Positions 10,098 to 20,520 of a DNA stretch of 64,000 bases are shown here, piece after piece. The first letter of the stretch is position 1. Each line of letters starts with the position of its first letter. The stretch is from a virus. The stretch is from positions 1-64,000 of the IMG/VR virus record IMGVR_UViG_3300024999_000066; one strand, 5' to 3'. Position numbers and translations under genes: made by a program. The notes beneath the pieces are model-generated. The model made no database searches. It worked only from the letters and a program-made list of their open reading frames with translations, and was not told where the DNA came from.

Positions 10098-10527
10098 CTA
10101 ACTCACCCTATAAATAATCAAATTATGCTTCAGTATAGCATCTTCTAGTTTAACAAGGTTCATATTTTTCTGTGGAAGATGCACCCACCACGCATTATCT
10201 TTCTTGACAATTGTAAATACAGTGTTAGGGACATCTTCAAAGGAGATGCTGTTGATATCCTTCACTGTCTGTCCATCAGATGCTGTGTAGAAGATTGTCT
10301 TGTTGTTGATTGTACGTACTTTTAGGTGGTTCATTGTTGAAGAGCCCATACGCTAGCCTGACCATCCCGTACACCCATCGAATAAGCCCTTGACCAGATC
10401 ATAAAAGCTCCTTGCACATGTACATCATTGAATGACAAGGGTGCATTAGCTAGTGGTGTTGTATCTAGCCCCACTTCCTTAGCCATTATAATGAATTCTT
10501 TGTGATGTTGTGTAAGTGTTTCTAGCA

Positions 10528-10941
10528 TTATTTGTCTCCTCGGGACAATATCTCCTGAATATTTCCAATCTTACGAGAATACCCGTTCAACACCCCTAAG
10601 TCAATTGCACATTTACCAAAGGAGATGAATTGTTTAGGGTAGATATCTTTCCCTAGGGTGATTGTCTCGCCTGTGTCAAGACATTTAAACTGCCTACCAT
10701 ACCAATTACATAGGAAAGCATAGCGTGGAGCCCATGTGTGGAAACGTTTATCTTCTGGAAATTTCCAAATCCGCTGGGCTGTAAACTCAAGATTGTGAAT
10801 AATGTCTTCAGCTTTCTGACTCCAAGGCACTTTGATAAACAAATCCGTGTAGTACTCAAGAGCTTCGTGGAGTTCATTAATCTTGGAGATGTCTTCCTCA
10901 GATAGTCCACGTTCTTTAGCCAACTCAAGATTTGCAGTCAT
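10528..10941 (-). CDS. Hypothetical protein
   Basis: AAGGAG SD before ATG at 10941. Confidence 0.6.
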   Translation of the reverse strand: MTANLELAKERGLSEEDISKINELHEALEYYTDLFIKVPWSQKAEDIIHNLEFTAQRIWKFPEDKRFHTWAPRYAFLCNWYGRQFKCLDTGETITLGKDIYPKQFISFGKCAIDLGVLNGYSRKIGNIQEILSRGDK

Positions 10942-11185
10942 TTTAACTCCTTCCAAACAGAATAGATAGCCAACGGAAGACTGATGGGCCATGAAAAGGA
11001 GAAGATAACACTCTCCAGAAGTTTATATTTAGCTTTAGCTCTGTATGTGTCGATTGCTTCGCTGTACATTACTAAAAGTGTTACGATAGAATATATGAAC
11101 AAGAGCATTGCAAACTCCTTAGAGCCACTACCGGACTCCGTTAAGATTAATTACGTTTTAGACAGTTAAAACTACGCCAACTTTA

Positions 11186-11548
11186 TTACTTTTCTTCGCA
11201 TTCTAGCCCTAGTTTGTACTCAATACACAATCCTACCACAGCTAATGCACTCCAACGAGGATTATTTTGTACAAATTGATTAATATTACTAAAGCCCGTA
11301 CTATCAACGAAGTCTTTGATATCAATACCAAGTTTCTTGCAAGCACGTCGTACATATTTCGTATCTGAAGCTGGCTTCCACCACATTGGCAGGCGGATTC
11401 CGAACAAACTACTCTGCTCTCGCCAAAACTGCTCATCCTTGTATTCAGTGTACAAGTGTTCACTCGCATATTGCTGATCTGCAAGCCGCTTAAGTTTCAC
11501 TTGCTCTCGTTGCTCTTGATTCATCGGTACAAAGTTGGGATTACTCAT
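11186..11548 (-). CDS. Hypothetical protein
   Basis: AAGGAG SD. Confidence 0.6.
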   Translation of the reverse strand: MSNPNFVPMNQEQREQVKLKRLADQQYASEHLYTEYKDEQFWREQSSLFGIRLPMWWKPASDTKYVRRACKKLGIDIKDFVDSTGFSNINQFVQNNPRWSALAVVGLCIEYKLGLECEEK

Positions 11549-11876
11549 CCTGTTTCTCCTTAGGCTTCCACATTTTCGCAAACTTCAACACACTGGGTAC
11601 ACTATCACTATCCACTGGCATCACCACAAGACAACTAGGCTGTCCACCAAGAGTTGTGTTTTCATGCCCTTTCCAGCATTGTAGTGTAGAACTGATTTTA
11701 TAAAACTCCTTATTGTTTACACGAACTACCACCTTCTTAAAAGAATTCAACAACCAATCATCATATACAGGATCATCCTCAAACAACCTGTGCCCATTGA
11801 TTACGCTATGGGCTACAAGGGTGGGCACCATATAGTCCGGAACACCGTCCAACACAGCAATATACATCTTTAGCAT
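11541..11876 (-). CDS. Peptidyl-tRNA hydrolase 2 (Pth2)-like protein
   Basis: 'KMYIAV...LVAHS...W...SFKKVVVRV...ENTT...CLVV.P' resembles the Pth2 fold signature. Confidence 0.6.
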   Translation of the reverse strand: MLKMYIAVLDGVPDYMVPTLVAHSVINGHRLFEDDPVYDDWLLNSFKKVVVRVNNKEFYKISSTLQCWKGHENTTLGGQPSCLVVMPVDSDSVPSVLKFAKMWKPKEKQDE

Positions 11877-11888
11877 TTATTTCTCCAA

Positions 11889-12176
11889 TTAAATAACTAT
11901 ACCACTATTAACAGAACACTTCTCTGTCAAATATTTATGAATGTTAATGATATCTTGTTCTTCAAACTGAATCCCTTCCTTAGACTTCTTAATCACTAAA
12001 GCCATTGTCACTTCAGCAGCCTTCTCTGTACATTTCTCTAATATGCCGTCATGCCATGTTCCGTAGAATTCACCCGGACCAGAGATAACTACAGACTTAG
12101 GCTTCTTAGGTGCAATGGTACAGCCTGTTGCAATTAAAGTAAAGGAAAGAATAAGTATTGCAAAGCAAGATTTCAT
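11889..12176 (-). CDS. Putative lipoprotein
   Basis: Signal peptide with lipobox-like 'LIATGC'. Confidence 0.55.
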   Translation of the reverse strand: MKSCFAILILSFTLIATGCTIAPKKPKSVVISGPGEFYGTWHDGILEKCTEKAAEVTMALVIKKSKEGIQFEEQDIINIHKYLTEKCSVNSGIVI

Positions 12177-12198
12177 TTAATCACCTCATTGATGATGT

Positions 12199-12864
12199 CT
12201 AATTTATTTGCACAATTGTAAATTTCCCACCACGAAAACAAGCTCCTGTGTCAATGTACTCAACATTCCCTAGTGTTTCTGGTTGATTCATTGGAGTATG
12301 CCCAACATAAAGTTTATGCAGCCCTACCACTTCCGATTTATCCTTATACTCAATTTTGGTACGTGCCCACATAGCTACAGCTTCAAATCTGTCTTTATTA
12401 CTTTCATACATTGATTTAAAAAGATTCCAATAACCTAGTGGGCATTCGGCATGGATGATTCCTACCAAACCTTTATCTGTTTCTACTTCAATAGCTAGAG
12501 GCATCTCTTTCATTTCTAGTGCATAACATTGCTGTTCAACAGTTGGGAGTCCATACAGCCACATGCCGCCATTGATTGCGTGATTTCCGCAAGCATTACT
12601 CTCGTTACCAGCCTCTACAGAGTCGATAACCATTTGTTCATGATTGCCCCGTACAGCATGGAACCAAGGCTTGCGTAACCAATCCCAAAACTCTTGTGAT
12701 TCAGGGCCACGATCAACCAAATCACCTACGCTGAACAGTCGGTCCAGCTTCTCATTAAAGTCGATGACATAAAGTTGTTCTTGGAGTTTACTAAAGCAAC
12801 CATGGATGTCGCCTACGCAGTAATCTTTACCTTGTGTATTCTTTTCAAACCTCTGTAAGAACAT
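12199..12864 (-). CDS. Serine/threonine protein phosphatase (lambda NinI/PPP metallophosphoesterase)
   Basis: GDIHG, GDLVDRG, RGNHE, GHT and IDTG motifs. Confidence 0.92.
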   Translation of the reverse strand: MFLQRFEKNTQGKDYCVGDIHGCFSKLQEQLYVIDFNEKLDRLFSVGDLVDRGPESQEFWDWLRKPWFHAVRGNHEQMVIDSVEAGNESNACGNHAINGGMWLYGLPTVEQQCYALEMKEMPLAIEVETDKGLVGIIHAECPLGYWNLFKSMYESNKDRFEAVAMWARTKIEYKDKSEVVGLHKLYVGHTPMNQPETLGNVEYIDTGACFRGGKFTIVQIN

Positions 12865-13031
12865 TTTCCTTCTCCTCAAACATTTTCAATAATTCTTCTA
12901 CTTCGTAAATCGTACGTTCTAGGAATTCATGATTCTCACCAATTCCAAGTTTATCTGAAATTTTATTCATTCGTGTTTCCACGCGGGTTAGATCTTTGTG
13001 GATTAATTGAAGTTGTCGTTGTAGTTGTTTC

Positions 13032-13568
13032 TTAGTCAATTCCTAACTCCTTCTTAGCTTTTTCTACAATATCCTTAGCTTGTGCATACAGAGTGGGATC
13101 ACCTTCAGTTAGCACTTCTAACAGCAACTCTTTTTCCTTGATGTAAACCTTTGCACAATCTTTGTCATGTTCAACGATTGATCTACTGTTAGAGATAAGG
13201 TCTGCGAGTTTGATTGTTTTAGCTGCTGGTGATGCCTGTGCTGTATGTTGACGATCAATTTCTTTACGTTTTGCACGATTACCGTCTTCAGGTTTAGATA
13301 CATCTGTGAGCATTTCTACAAGGACAGCAACTTCATCACTAAGGTTCAACTTAATAAACTCCAGAGTGATATTCGTATCCTCGCACAAGTCGTGACAAAG
13401 TGCCGCAGCAATAATCTCTTGTGTACAGTTCTCACCTAAAGTTTCGTAAACCAACAGGGCTACTTCTTCTGGGTGATAGTAGTAATCCTCGCCAGTATAT
13501 TTTCTTCTCTGACCTACCGCACAATGTGCAGCCCTACAGAAACAAATTGCTTTATCTAACAGATCCAT
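13032..13568 (-). CDS. HD-domain hydrolase of the SpoT/MESH1 ((p)ppGpp hydrolase-like) family
   Basis: AH..Q.RK.TGE.Y..HP..VA, AAALCHDLCEDT, IKLAD..SN. Confidence 0.85.
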   Translation of the reverse strand: MDLLDKAICFCRAAHCAVGQRRKYTGEDYYYHPEEVALLVYETLGENCTQEIIAAALCHDLCEDTNITLEFIKLNLSDEVAVLVEMLTDVSKPEDGNRAKRKEIDRQHTAQASPAAKTIKLADLISNSRSIVEHDKDCAKVYIKEKELLLEVLTEGDPTLYAQAKDIVEKAKKELGID

Positions 13569-13840
13569 AAAACCCCCTTTAAATTAGTAAGGTTATGATA
13601 AAACAAAAGGCCCTCAAGCACAATGCCTAAGAACCTTATAAATACTAATCAATCTGCCCATATCCATAGATTTTCTTCAACGAAGTCATTCACCATCAAA
13701 GTGACTTCTTGTCTGTGCCACCCTTCACCGATCACTACTTCTTTATATTCACCCAAAGCTGAATGTGTACCGTGATGATAGTCAACTCCATAAATCCAGA
13801 ATCCTGATGACCAGACGTAGATTATTGATCTATTCATAAG

Positions 13841-14290
13841 TCACCCAATATACTTATTGTTGAGAAACAACTTAGCATAGCTGTGAAGAGTAAATTCTAC
13901 CCGATGATCTTGTACAATAATCTGCCGGGTCTTTTTGCACAGTTGCAGCTTAATACTTTTAAGTGGTCGAGCAGCTTTAGCCTTAGCTACAGTGTAATCA
14001 TCCCAGCTCCACAAGGACAGTTTGCTTGGAGGTCGCCCAAAGATACATTTGATAGAGTTCCCGTTATACAACTCTGTCGCCTTTAAGAACGAGACTACTT
14101 CCCGTCCACGATTCTTATAGTCACCACTCTCATATGTGACGTGACCATTTGCCCATGTAGTTCGGCTATAACCTAGGGCTGACATGAATTCGTCAAGGGC
14201 GAATAGCTGGAGTTTCTTTGTTTCGATAATTTGCTCTGGGTCCCACTTGCTAGCTTTGGTGTACATTTTGTTCTCCTTTAAATTGTTCAA
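13841..14290 (-). CDS. Hypothetical protein
   Basis: ORF in operon. Confidence 0.55.
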   Translation of the reverse strand: MNNLKENKMYTKASKWDPEQIIETKKLQLFALDEFMSALGYSRTTWANGHVTYESGDYKNRGREVVSFLKATELYNGNSIKCIFGRPPSKLSLWSWDDYTVAKAKAARPLKSIKLQLCKKTRQIIVQDHRVEFTLHSYAKLFLNNKYIG

Positions 14291-14681
14291 CTTCTACGTT
14301 ACATTTTTTGAGAAATTCCAGTGGTGATGTATCCCTGTAAACTTCTCCATATACTACCTTAGTAATACCTGCCTGTACAATCAAATTTGAACAAGATTGG
14401 CATGGGCTCAACGTTGTGAAGATTGTACTTCCTTTAAGACTGATACCAGCTTTTGTAGCCTTCATAATCGCATTAGACTCAGAGTGCAAAATGTGACTAA
14501 AAGTGTTCCCTTGGTCATCTTCACACTTGTTATCGAAATTACTTGGGCTACCGTTCCATCCGATTAGAAGTACTTCATCAGGTGTTATTAGACAGCTCCC
14601 CACTTTCTTACGTTCCGCATAAGAGTTGAGTGCAACTCGGCAAGCAAAGTCAAAGTAAGTGTTATATTCTTTTTGTTTCAT
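14250..14681 (-). CDS. dCMP deaminase
   Basis: KVG, GWNG, HSESNAI and TLSPCQSC Zn-binding motifs. Confidence 0.9.
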   Translation of the reverse strand: MKQKEYNTYFDFACRVALNSYAERKKVGSCLITPDEVLLIGWNGSPSNFDNKCEDDQGNTFSHILHSESNAIMKATKAGISLKGSTIFTTLSPCQSCSNLIVQAGITKVVYGEVYRDTSPLEFLKKCNVEVEQFKGEQNVHQS

Positions 14682-14683
14682 GC

Positions 14684-15118
14684 CTATCGGTACTCAGCAG
14701 TTATTTTCAACCGCCCATTTTCTGAGTCTGCGTCAAGACAAGCCATAATCAGCCAGGGTACATTTGAAATAGACTTTGAACGGATAAATTCCCAATCTTC
14801 TTTCAAATCAAAAACTTTAACAACTTCCTTTTCCATAGTTCTTACTAGTTCAACACAGTCTGAGAATGTATAATATACATCAACACTGAATACATTCTCT
14901 TCTTGCATAGTTAGTAGGCTGTACCAAGTTTGTGCTAATACCCCTGTCTCTTCAAAAAACTCTCTAACCATGGCTGCATGAGAATTCAAATCATGTTCTT
15001 CGATTTTTCCACCGACACCGTTATACAACCCCTCTTGCCACTTTGGTTTGATCTTCTGAATAAGGGCTACTTTATCAGCTTTCTTGTCAAACATAAAACC
15101 TAGCACATATTTTTGCAT
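14684..15118 (-). CDS. NUDIX hydrolase
   Basis: Nudix box 'GGKIEEHDLNSHAAMVREFFEETG'. Confidence 0.88.
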   Translation of the reverse strand: MQKYVLGFMFDKKADKVALIQKIKPKWQEGLYNGVGGKIEEHDLNSHAAMVREFFEETGVLAQTWYSLLTMQEENVFSVDVYYTFSDCVELVRTMEKEVVKVFDLKEDWEFIRSKSISNVPWLIMACLDADSENGRLKITAEYR

Positions 15119-15127
15119 TACTTTCTC

Positions 15128-15409
15128 CTATTTCTTCCTCGTTGCTGTGCCTCTGCAACTCAATTCACCGCTCTCAGATTTACTTACTGTCTTCTGCAAC
15201 TTGCTGGCAACTACTGTATAATGACCTTTCCCATACACAGAGTCTACATATTCTTGTGCAACAACTCGTGAAGCCGTGTGCACAAACCAATATTCTCCCA
15301 TAGCATTCTGTATATAGAAGGTCGATGGTGGGATGAATAGGTAGTCTGTGAATGTCTGGTAATCTACGATAGTCACTTTAGGGTCTTTTGCTTTCTTTTC
15401 AACTGTCAT
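15128..15409 (-). CDS. Hypothetical protein
   Basis: ORF in operon with AAGG SD. Confidence 0.55.
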   Translation of the reverse strand: MTVEKKAKDPKVTIVDYQTFTDYLFIPPSTFYIQNAMGEYWFVHTASRVVAQEYVDSVYGKGHYTVVASKLQKTVSKSESGELSCRGTATRKK

Positions 15410-15412
15410 ACC

Positions 15413-15640
15413 TTACTCCCATCGAACTTGAATAACCGCTTCAATAATCTTTTCTTTCTTACCCTTCTTGGGTTTTGTTTTATACTCAATCTTTGTAAGA
15501 GTTGCTTTGTTACCTAACCTGTCAACAAAGGCTTCTGTCCATTTCCTTACTACCGTATTCCCTTCGGCTAAGTAATACGGGATGTGAGGACTAATTTTCT
15601 TAATCTTACCACACAGCGGACCAAAAGGCTCCTCCATCAT
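15413..15640 (-). CDS. Small basic hypothetical protein
   Basis: GAGGA SD. Confidence 0.5.
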   Translation of the reverse strand: MMEEPFGPLCGKIKKISPHIPYYLAEGNTVVRKWTEAFVDRLGNKATLTKIEYKTKPKKGKKEKIIEAVIQVRWE

Positions 15641-16183
15641 TAATCCTCATCTGGATAGGGGTTTGGTTCATAGTCATCCCAATCTTGTTCTTGGCTATCT
15701 TCGTCTTTGGAGTAATATCGGTAAATCTCGTGGTCCAAGAAGATGTCGTAGGATGAATCACTCATAATCAAGTGCCTCTACAACTGCTGCTACCATATCC
15801 TCCCCGAACGTCTCAGTGGCGTCTTGTCGGTCTGCTGTCAGCCAAATGTCTAGCGAACTTTCTAGTGTTTCGATTACATCGCTTTCGTAATTCATTCTAC
15901 ATCCCACTCCTCGGTACGATACTTAATCCAATCTTTATTGTTTTGCAACTCTTTTTCAGCTTGAACTACACGAGCTTTATCTAAACTTTCTACAACACCA
16001 ATTACCCGTGGAGTGCCAAAGTCAGATTCAATTACTAAATAAACCACCATTACATTTCTCCTTGGTCGATACAATTAGAAACTAAATCATATTCTAAATA
16101 GGCTTGTGGGTCAACATCAAAGCATGGGTCTGGATGGTCGTCCACGTCTGGGACTTCGTATAGTTGGTCGAAGATATTTTTCA

Positions 16184-16408
16184 TTAAACATACACCAAAG
16201 CTCGTGGAATAACGTCTTCAAAACCGAAGTCATATTCTTCAGCCTCTTTCAACGTATCAAATACGTAGTCATCTGCATGGTAAACAAAGTCAACCCCTTG
16301 TACTTCATTGTAGCCATTTCCTTCACTATCTATAGAGCTGATAACTGTAACATCACCAACATTCGCCTGAATGCTTCGAAGTTGTTCAATCAATTCACTA
16401 ATTTTCAT
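16184..16408 (-). CDS. Hypothetical protein
   Basis: AGGAG SD; 'DSEGNGY' motif. Confidence 0.55.
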   Translation of the reverse strand: MKISELIEQLRSIQANVGDVTVISSIDSEGNGYNEVQGVDFVYHADDYVFDTLKEAEEYDFGFEDVIPRALVYV

Positions 16409-16484
16409 AATTCTCTCCTATCAATTTGTTTAATTGTGCCTTTGTAGAACGTATTCTAGGTCAGGCACGGGGGTTTGTCCAGTG

Positions 16485-17513
16485 TTATTTTGAAAGAATA
16501 CGCGTTGAGATGTATTCTCGTGAAACCTCATCCACACCATCATGTAGGAAAGCAGTCACAGGCCGAAGACCTTGGAATTTATCAGTATCTTTTGGATTAC
16601 TAACCATCCAGATAACATAGTCCCCATTTTCAAGTGTGGCTTTTGATTGCTTCACATTAAATTTTGTGATTTTACTCCCATCAAGTTCTCCAGCCTCTCG
16701 ATGCCCTTCAATGTCGTATTTAGCCAAGTGCCAGTTTGGGAATACACGAAGATGCAATGAGCCTTTCTTTTCCTCAGCTAACTCAAGTTTCAAAGTTTTA
16801 CGTTCCTTAGCATCCCTTGCAGCAAGAGCTTTGGTTACACCAGCTTGGACAGCTTTCTCTACAAGTTCTTCTAAGTTGAATTCTGGGAAGTCATCTTCTT
16901 CCATTTCTTCACCATTATTCTGACCACATTCTGGTGATCCGCACGGGCAAGGAAGACTTGCACGATATTCTTGCAAAGCATCCAAGCGATCAGCAATATT
17001 TTCAGCATCAAAATAAAACGGTGTTCCTTTTATGACGTCGCTAAGGTCTTCGGGACTGAGGAAGCCGGAATACACTTTCTCATAAAGACGTTTCAACTGG
17101 TTTCGGCTAAAGTTAGCGTGTTCCAAAATATCCGTGTCCTTGCCTCCTAGCGAATAACTTGATGTGTGAATCATTAGGCTAGAAGTATCATCAAGAATCC
17201 ATTCCCGACAGCTCAGACTAATGACGCTGGCAGCACTTGCACACTCAGGGCCAATAATTGCAATTGTGTGGGCAGCACAACTATTCAATGACCGATGAAA
17301 AAGCATTGCTGTATCAAGATATCCGCCCGGAGAGCATACGTCAAGTACCACGGTATCTTGCTCAGAACAGCTATTAATCAAATCAAGTTCATCGCTCCAA
17401 TTACTTGGTTCAGAGATATCCTCATGAATTCGGATAACGTGAGTCATACCACCATTGTGACTAGAAGAGATTCGGGATTTCTGTGGCAACAGCATTAGTT
17501 CTTCGTGTTTCAT
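16485..17513 (-). CDS. ClpP-like serine protease with C-terminal extension
   Basis: 'CSPGG', 'CASAASVI' (catalytic Ser), 'LMIHTSS' (catalytic His). Confidence 0.85.
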   Translation of the reverse strand: MKHEELMLLPQKSRISSSHNGGMTHVIRIHEDISEPSNWSDELDLINSCSEQDTVVLDVCSPGGYLDTAMLFHRSLNSCAAHTIAIIGPECASAASVISLSCREWILDDTSSLMIHTSSYSLGGKDTDILEHANFSRNQLKRLYEKVYSGFLSPEDLSDVIKGTPFYFDAENIADRLDALQEYRASLPCPCGSPECGQNNGEEMEEDDFPEFNLEELVEKAVQAGVTKALAARDAKERKTLKLELAEEKKGSLHLRVFPNWHLAKYDIEGHREAGELDGSKITKFNVKQSKATLENGDYVIWMVSNPKDTDKFQGLRPVTAFLHDGVDEVSREYISTRILSK

Positions 17514-17522
17514 ATATCTTCC

Positions 17523-18662
17523 TCAGTCAGTAATTTCAACAGTATAATTCATAAGTGCTCGGTAAGCAACATCTGGAATCTCAGATTTCCATTTTTCAGC
17601 TAATTTCTTTGCTAGATATTCTTTGTGAACTTTATAAGCATTGAAAGCTTCTTCGACATTATAAAATTTACCTAATACAATATTCTTACCATCCTCCCTT
17701 CCCTGCACTCGGTAGTAGGGTGTCCCATTGTATTTGTAAGCAATATCAACACCAAGCGGTAAATCATTAACCCTCTTTCTTTTGATAAAGCTGTTAATTT
17801 CCCTTGGTAGGTAGACACAGGTATCGGGTCCGTAAATCTTATTCCCTTTTACTAGCAAATCTTTTTCCAAATCCCAGCCCGTATTTCCAAAATTAGGTTG
17901 TGTTGTAGCCCACTCAGCAAAATCCTGGAAACATTTCCAACCCTCAGAAACCTCTTTGTCTTTATAGGATGTTTTTGCCTCTTTTGATACGTAGCAACGT
18001 TTCAACATACTGTTCCAATCCGCATATTCTGTTGTGTGCTGACCATCTACTTTTGCAATGAACTTTCCTATGCCGAAGTACCCAACCCCTGCAACAGATG
18101 GGTGGTAAGGATTGCAGAAATTACCACGTTTAGCATTTCCCGAGTTAACCTCAATCACGGCTTCATGTTTATCTCTGATTTTTAGTAAGTAGTTTTTCCC
18201 ACTAAACCCAACAATTTCAGCTTCATAGCCTTCAGAGTTTGTGAAAGTTTCACCAAGAGAGGCTGCTCCAAGAGGTGAGGAACAAATACCACAATTCCTC
18301 TTTCTATCATTTCTCAATCGCAGCCCATCAACTTCAACAGTGTTACCACAATCGCAGAGACAGGTCCAAATTCTTTCTTGTCTGGAATTCCTTTTGTCTG
18401 TCATCTCAATTACAGTAAGCTTGCCTGTCCTTTTCCCAGTAAGGTCTACTGTAGGCTTGTCTTTTGGACACAAGCCACATGTTTTAGTTTTACCAGATTT
18501 GACATCTGTAAGTGATTTTACTGTCAACTCTCCTCCACATTCGCAGGATACTTCAACCAACCGTTTCATTTTCCCGTTAGAACGTCTACTCGGCTCTACC
18601 TCTCTAACAATTTGTAGTTTACCGAACTTCTTATCCAACGGGAGTTCGCTAAGAACTCCCAT
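17523..18662 (-). CDS. Free-standing HNH-type homing endonuclease
   Basis: N-terminal 'G.L.V...C.C.CG' repeats; 'W.SMLKRCY', 'WDLEKDLL..GNKIYGPDTCVYLPREIN'; AP2-like C-terminus. Confidence 0.8.
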   Translation of the reverse strand: MGVLSELPLDKKFGKLQIVREVEPSRRSNGKMKRLVEVSCECGGELTVKSLTDVKSGKTKTCGLCPKDKPTVDLTGKRTGKLTVIEMTDKRNSRQERIWTCLCDCGNTVEVDGLRLRNDRKRNCGICSSPLGAASLGETFTNSEGYEAEIVGFSGKNYLLKIRDKHEAVIEVNSGNAKRGNFCNPYHPSVAGVGYFGIGKFIAKVDGQHTTEYADWNSMLKRCYVSKEAKTSYKDKEVSEGWKCFQDFAEWATTQPNFGNTGWDLEKDLLVKGNKIYGPDTCVYLPREINSFIKRKRVNDLPLGVDIAYKYNGTPYYRVQGREDGKNIVLGKFYNVEEAFNAYKVHKEYLAKKLAEKWKSEIPDVAYRALMNYTVEITD

Positions 18663-18671
18663 ATTATCTCC

Positions 18672-19448
18672 TTAGTCGTTATCGTAAGCCCGAATTACAT
18701 CTTTCACAATGTCTGCCCGCATGATTGACTCAATTGGAAACTTGTAATAACCAATACCTTCATACTTCTTCTGCATATCTTCAGTAAAGAATCGACCCAT
18801 TGCATCACGAAGTGCATTTCGACCACCTCGATCATCAGTGTAAAGTTGCCCACTAGACCCCAATACAATTGTTTTAGTGCCGTGGCCGATACGTTCAAGC
18901 AATAGCTTCAAGATTAGTGGAGATAACAGTTGACACTCATCCAAAACGTAAATAGTTTCGGTTCGGGTGTGCCCAAGTGCAAAATTTGGAATTGCAAAAT
19001 GAATGCGTTTACCCAGATCAGCCTCAAACTTACCTTTACCAATGAACTCTGTCAGAAGGAATTTAGTCGATTCGAAGTGTACACCAAGTTTCTCATCAAT
19101 GGTGGCGGCTCCCGGAAGAAATCCGATACGGTCCATACCCATTTCTGCTGGGGTACGTACAAAGTAAATCTGTTTATTTACATCAGCCAAATACTCTTGG
19201 CAAGCATAGTACAAGGCAATAGAAGTTTTACCTGATCCCGCATACGAATCAATAAAAGTGATATCGTGATTTTCGATTACCTCAAGAGCCTCCTTTTGCC
19301 AAAAACTTGGATTAAAAGTTTTCATGCCTACACATTCATCATTACGCAGGGATTGAACTGGCTTCTTGTCCGCACGAGTGCGCTTCCTTGGAACCAATAC
19401 CTCGACGCCCTCAATATCTACTACGAAACTTCTCTTGGCCGCGCCCAT
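18672..19448 (-). CDS. phoH: PhoH family ATPase
   Basis: Walker A 'AGSGKT', 'IGFLPG', 'VLDECQLL', 'LLERIG', 'MRADIVKDVIRAY'. Confidence 0.88.
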   Translation of the reverse strand: MGAAKRSFVVDIEGVEVLVPRKRTRADKKPVQSLRNDECVGMKTFNPSFWQKEALEVIENHDITFIDSYAGSGKTSIALYYACQEYLADVNKQIYFVRTPAEMGMDRIGFLPGAATIDEKLGVHFESTKFLLTEFIGKGKFEADLGKRIHFAIPNFALGHTRTETIYVLDECQLLSPLILKLLLERIGHGTKTIVLGSSGQLYTDDRGGRNALRDAMGRFFTEDMQKKYEGIGYYKFPIESIMRADIVKDVIRAYDND

Positions 19449-19569
19449 ACATTTATTTCCTTCTATCAATTAAGTAGTTTTCACAACACCCTTTGCACCT
19501 TTCACAACCACTTTGCTTTCTACCACAACGACACAATCGCACACTACTAGATCATTTGCAAGAACTATT

Positions 19570-19800
19570 TCACTCAACCACATATTTTGTCTTGCTGTCC
19601 ATCTTAAGTGCCTCTAGAAATTTCTTAGCAGCCTTTTCCACAGAGCATTTTTGAGAAATACTACACTTAATCCCATTAAAATCAAACTTCACGTAAGCTA
19701 AGTTATTAGTTATAGCAAACCGTCTAGCTTCTGTACAAGCATCCTCAATAGATGTTCCAGCAAGGAACGAAACACTTACTTCCATATTAGACTTTCTCAT
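19570..19800 (-). CDS. Hypothetical protein
   Basis: ORF in operon. Confidence 0.5.
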   Translation of the reverse strand: MRKSNMEVSVSFLAGTSIEDACTEARRFAITNNLAYVKFDFNGIKCSISQKCSVEKAAKKFLEALKMDSKTKYVVE

Positions 19801-20123
19801 TTGTTAGCTCCTTAATTCTTTGCCGTAAATGCTCGTCAGTTTCAACCCATGCCATTTTTAGAATGCTATATCCAACCATTGACCAAACACAATGGTCATT
19901 AGGTTTATCATTCTCATCATAACCATAAATTCCTCTGGAAACTTGAGGTAGACTTGCTAAATAGTCTAGATAAGAAATCATTGAATTTCCTCCACTAATT
20001 CAAGTACTTTATAAACCAACTCTTCAGCCGTAATCACACTTTTATCCTCAAGGTCATCAAAGACCTGATTAGACCACTCTACATAGGCTGCATAGATAGC
20101 CTTCTTTTGTTGGTCTGTTATTG

Positions 20124-20375
20124 TCACAGCTTCTCCTCCAATTCAAGACACTTATTCAATTCACTATGTAAACCCTTTGACTGCAACACATTAGTCATAG
20201 CCCTATTAACCCTCTCCAAATAAGCTTTCTCTTCAATGCATTTAGCCAACACATGATACAACGCTTCAGCATAGCCTATTTGATTAATGTTAGGGTCCAT
20301 TAATACTTGTTGCAAAGACCCGTAGCATCCACTAGGGTCGAGGGCTTTTAGTTTACTCAGCTCCTGTGGCTTCAT
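20124..20375 (-). CDS. Hypothetical protein
   Basis: GAGG SD. Confidence 0.5.
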   Translation of the reverse strand: MKPQELSKLKALDPSGCYGSLQQVLMDPNINQIGYAEALYHVLAKCIEEKAYLERVNRAMTNVLQSKGLHSELNKCLELEEKL

Positions 20376-20520
20376 CTCTTTTCCTCATCTTTCTTTTTCT
20401 GTAATGCTTTGTCAAACAAGCTCGATAGATAATTAGCACATTCGTGAGATGTTCCATAGCCGAGGATGGCATCCATAGCGTCTAGGTCGAGTTCATATTG
20501 AATCTTACCGAGTTTTTCAC

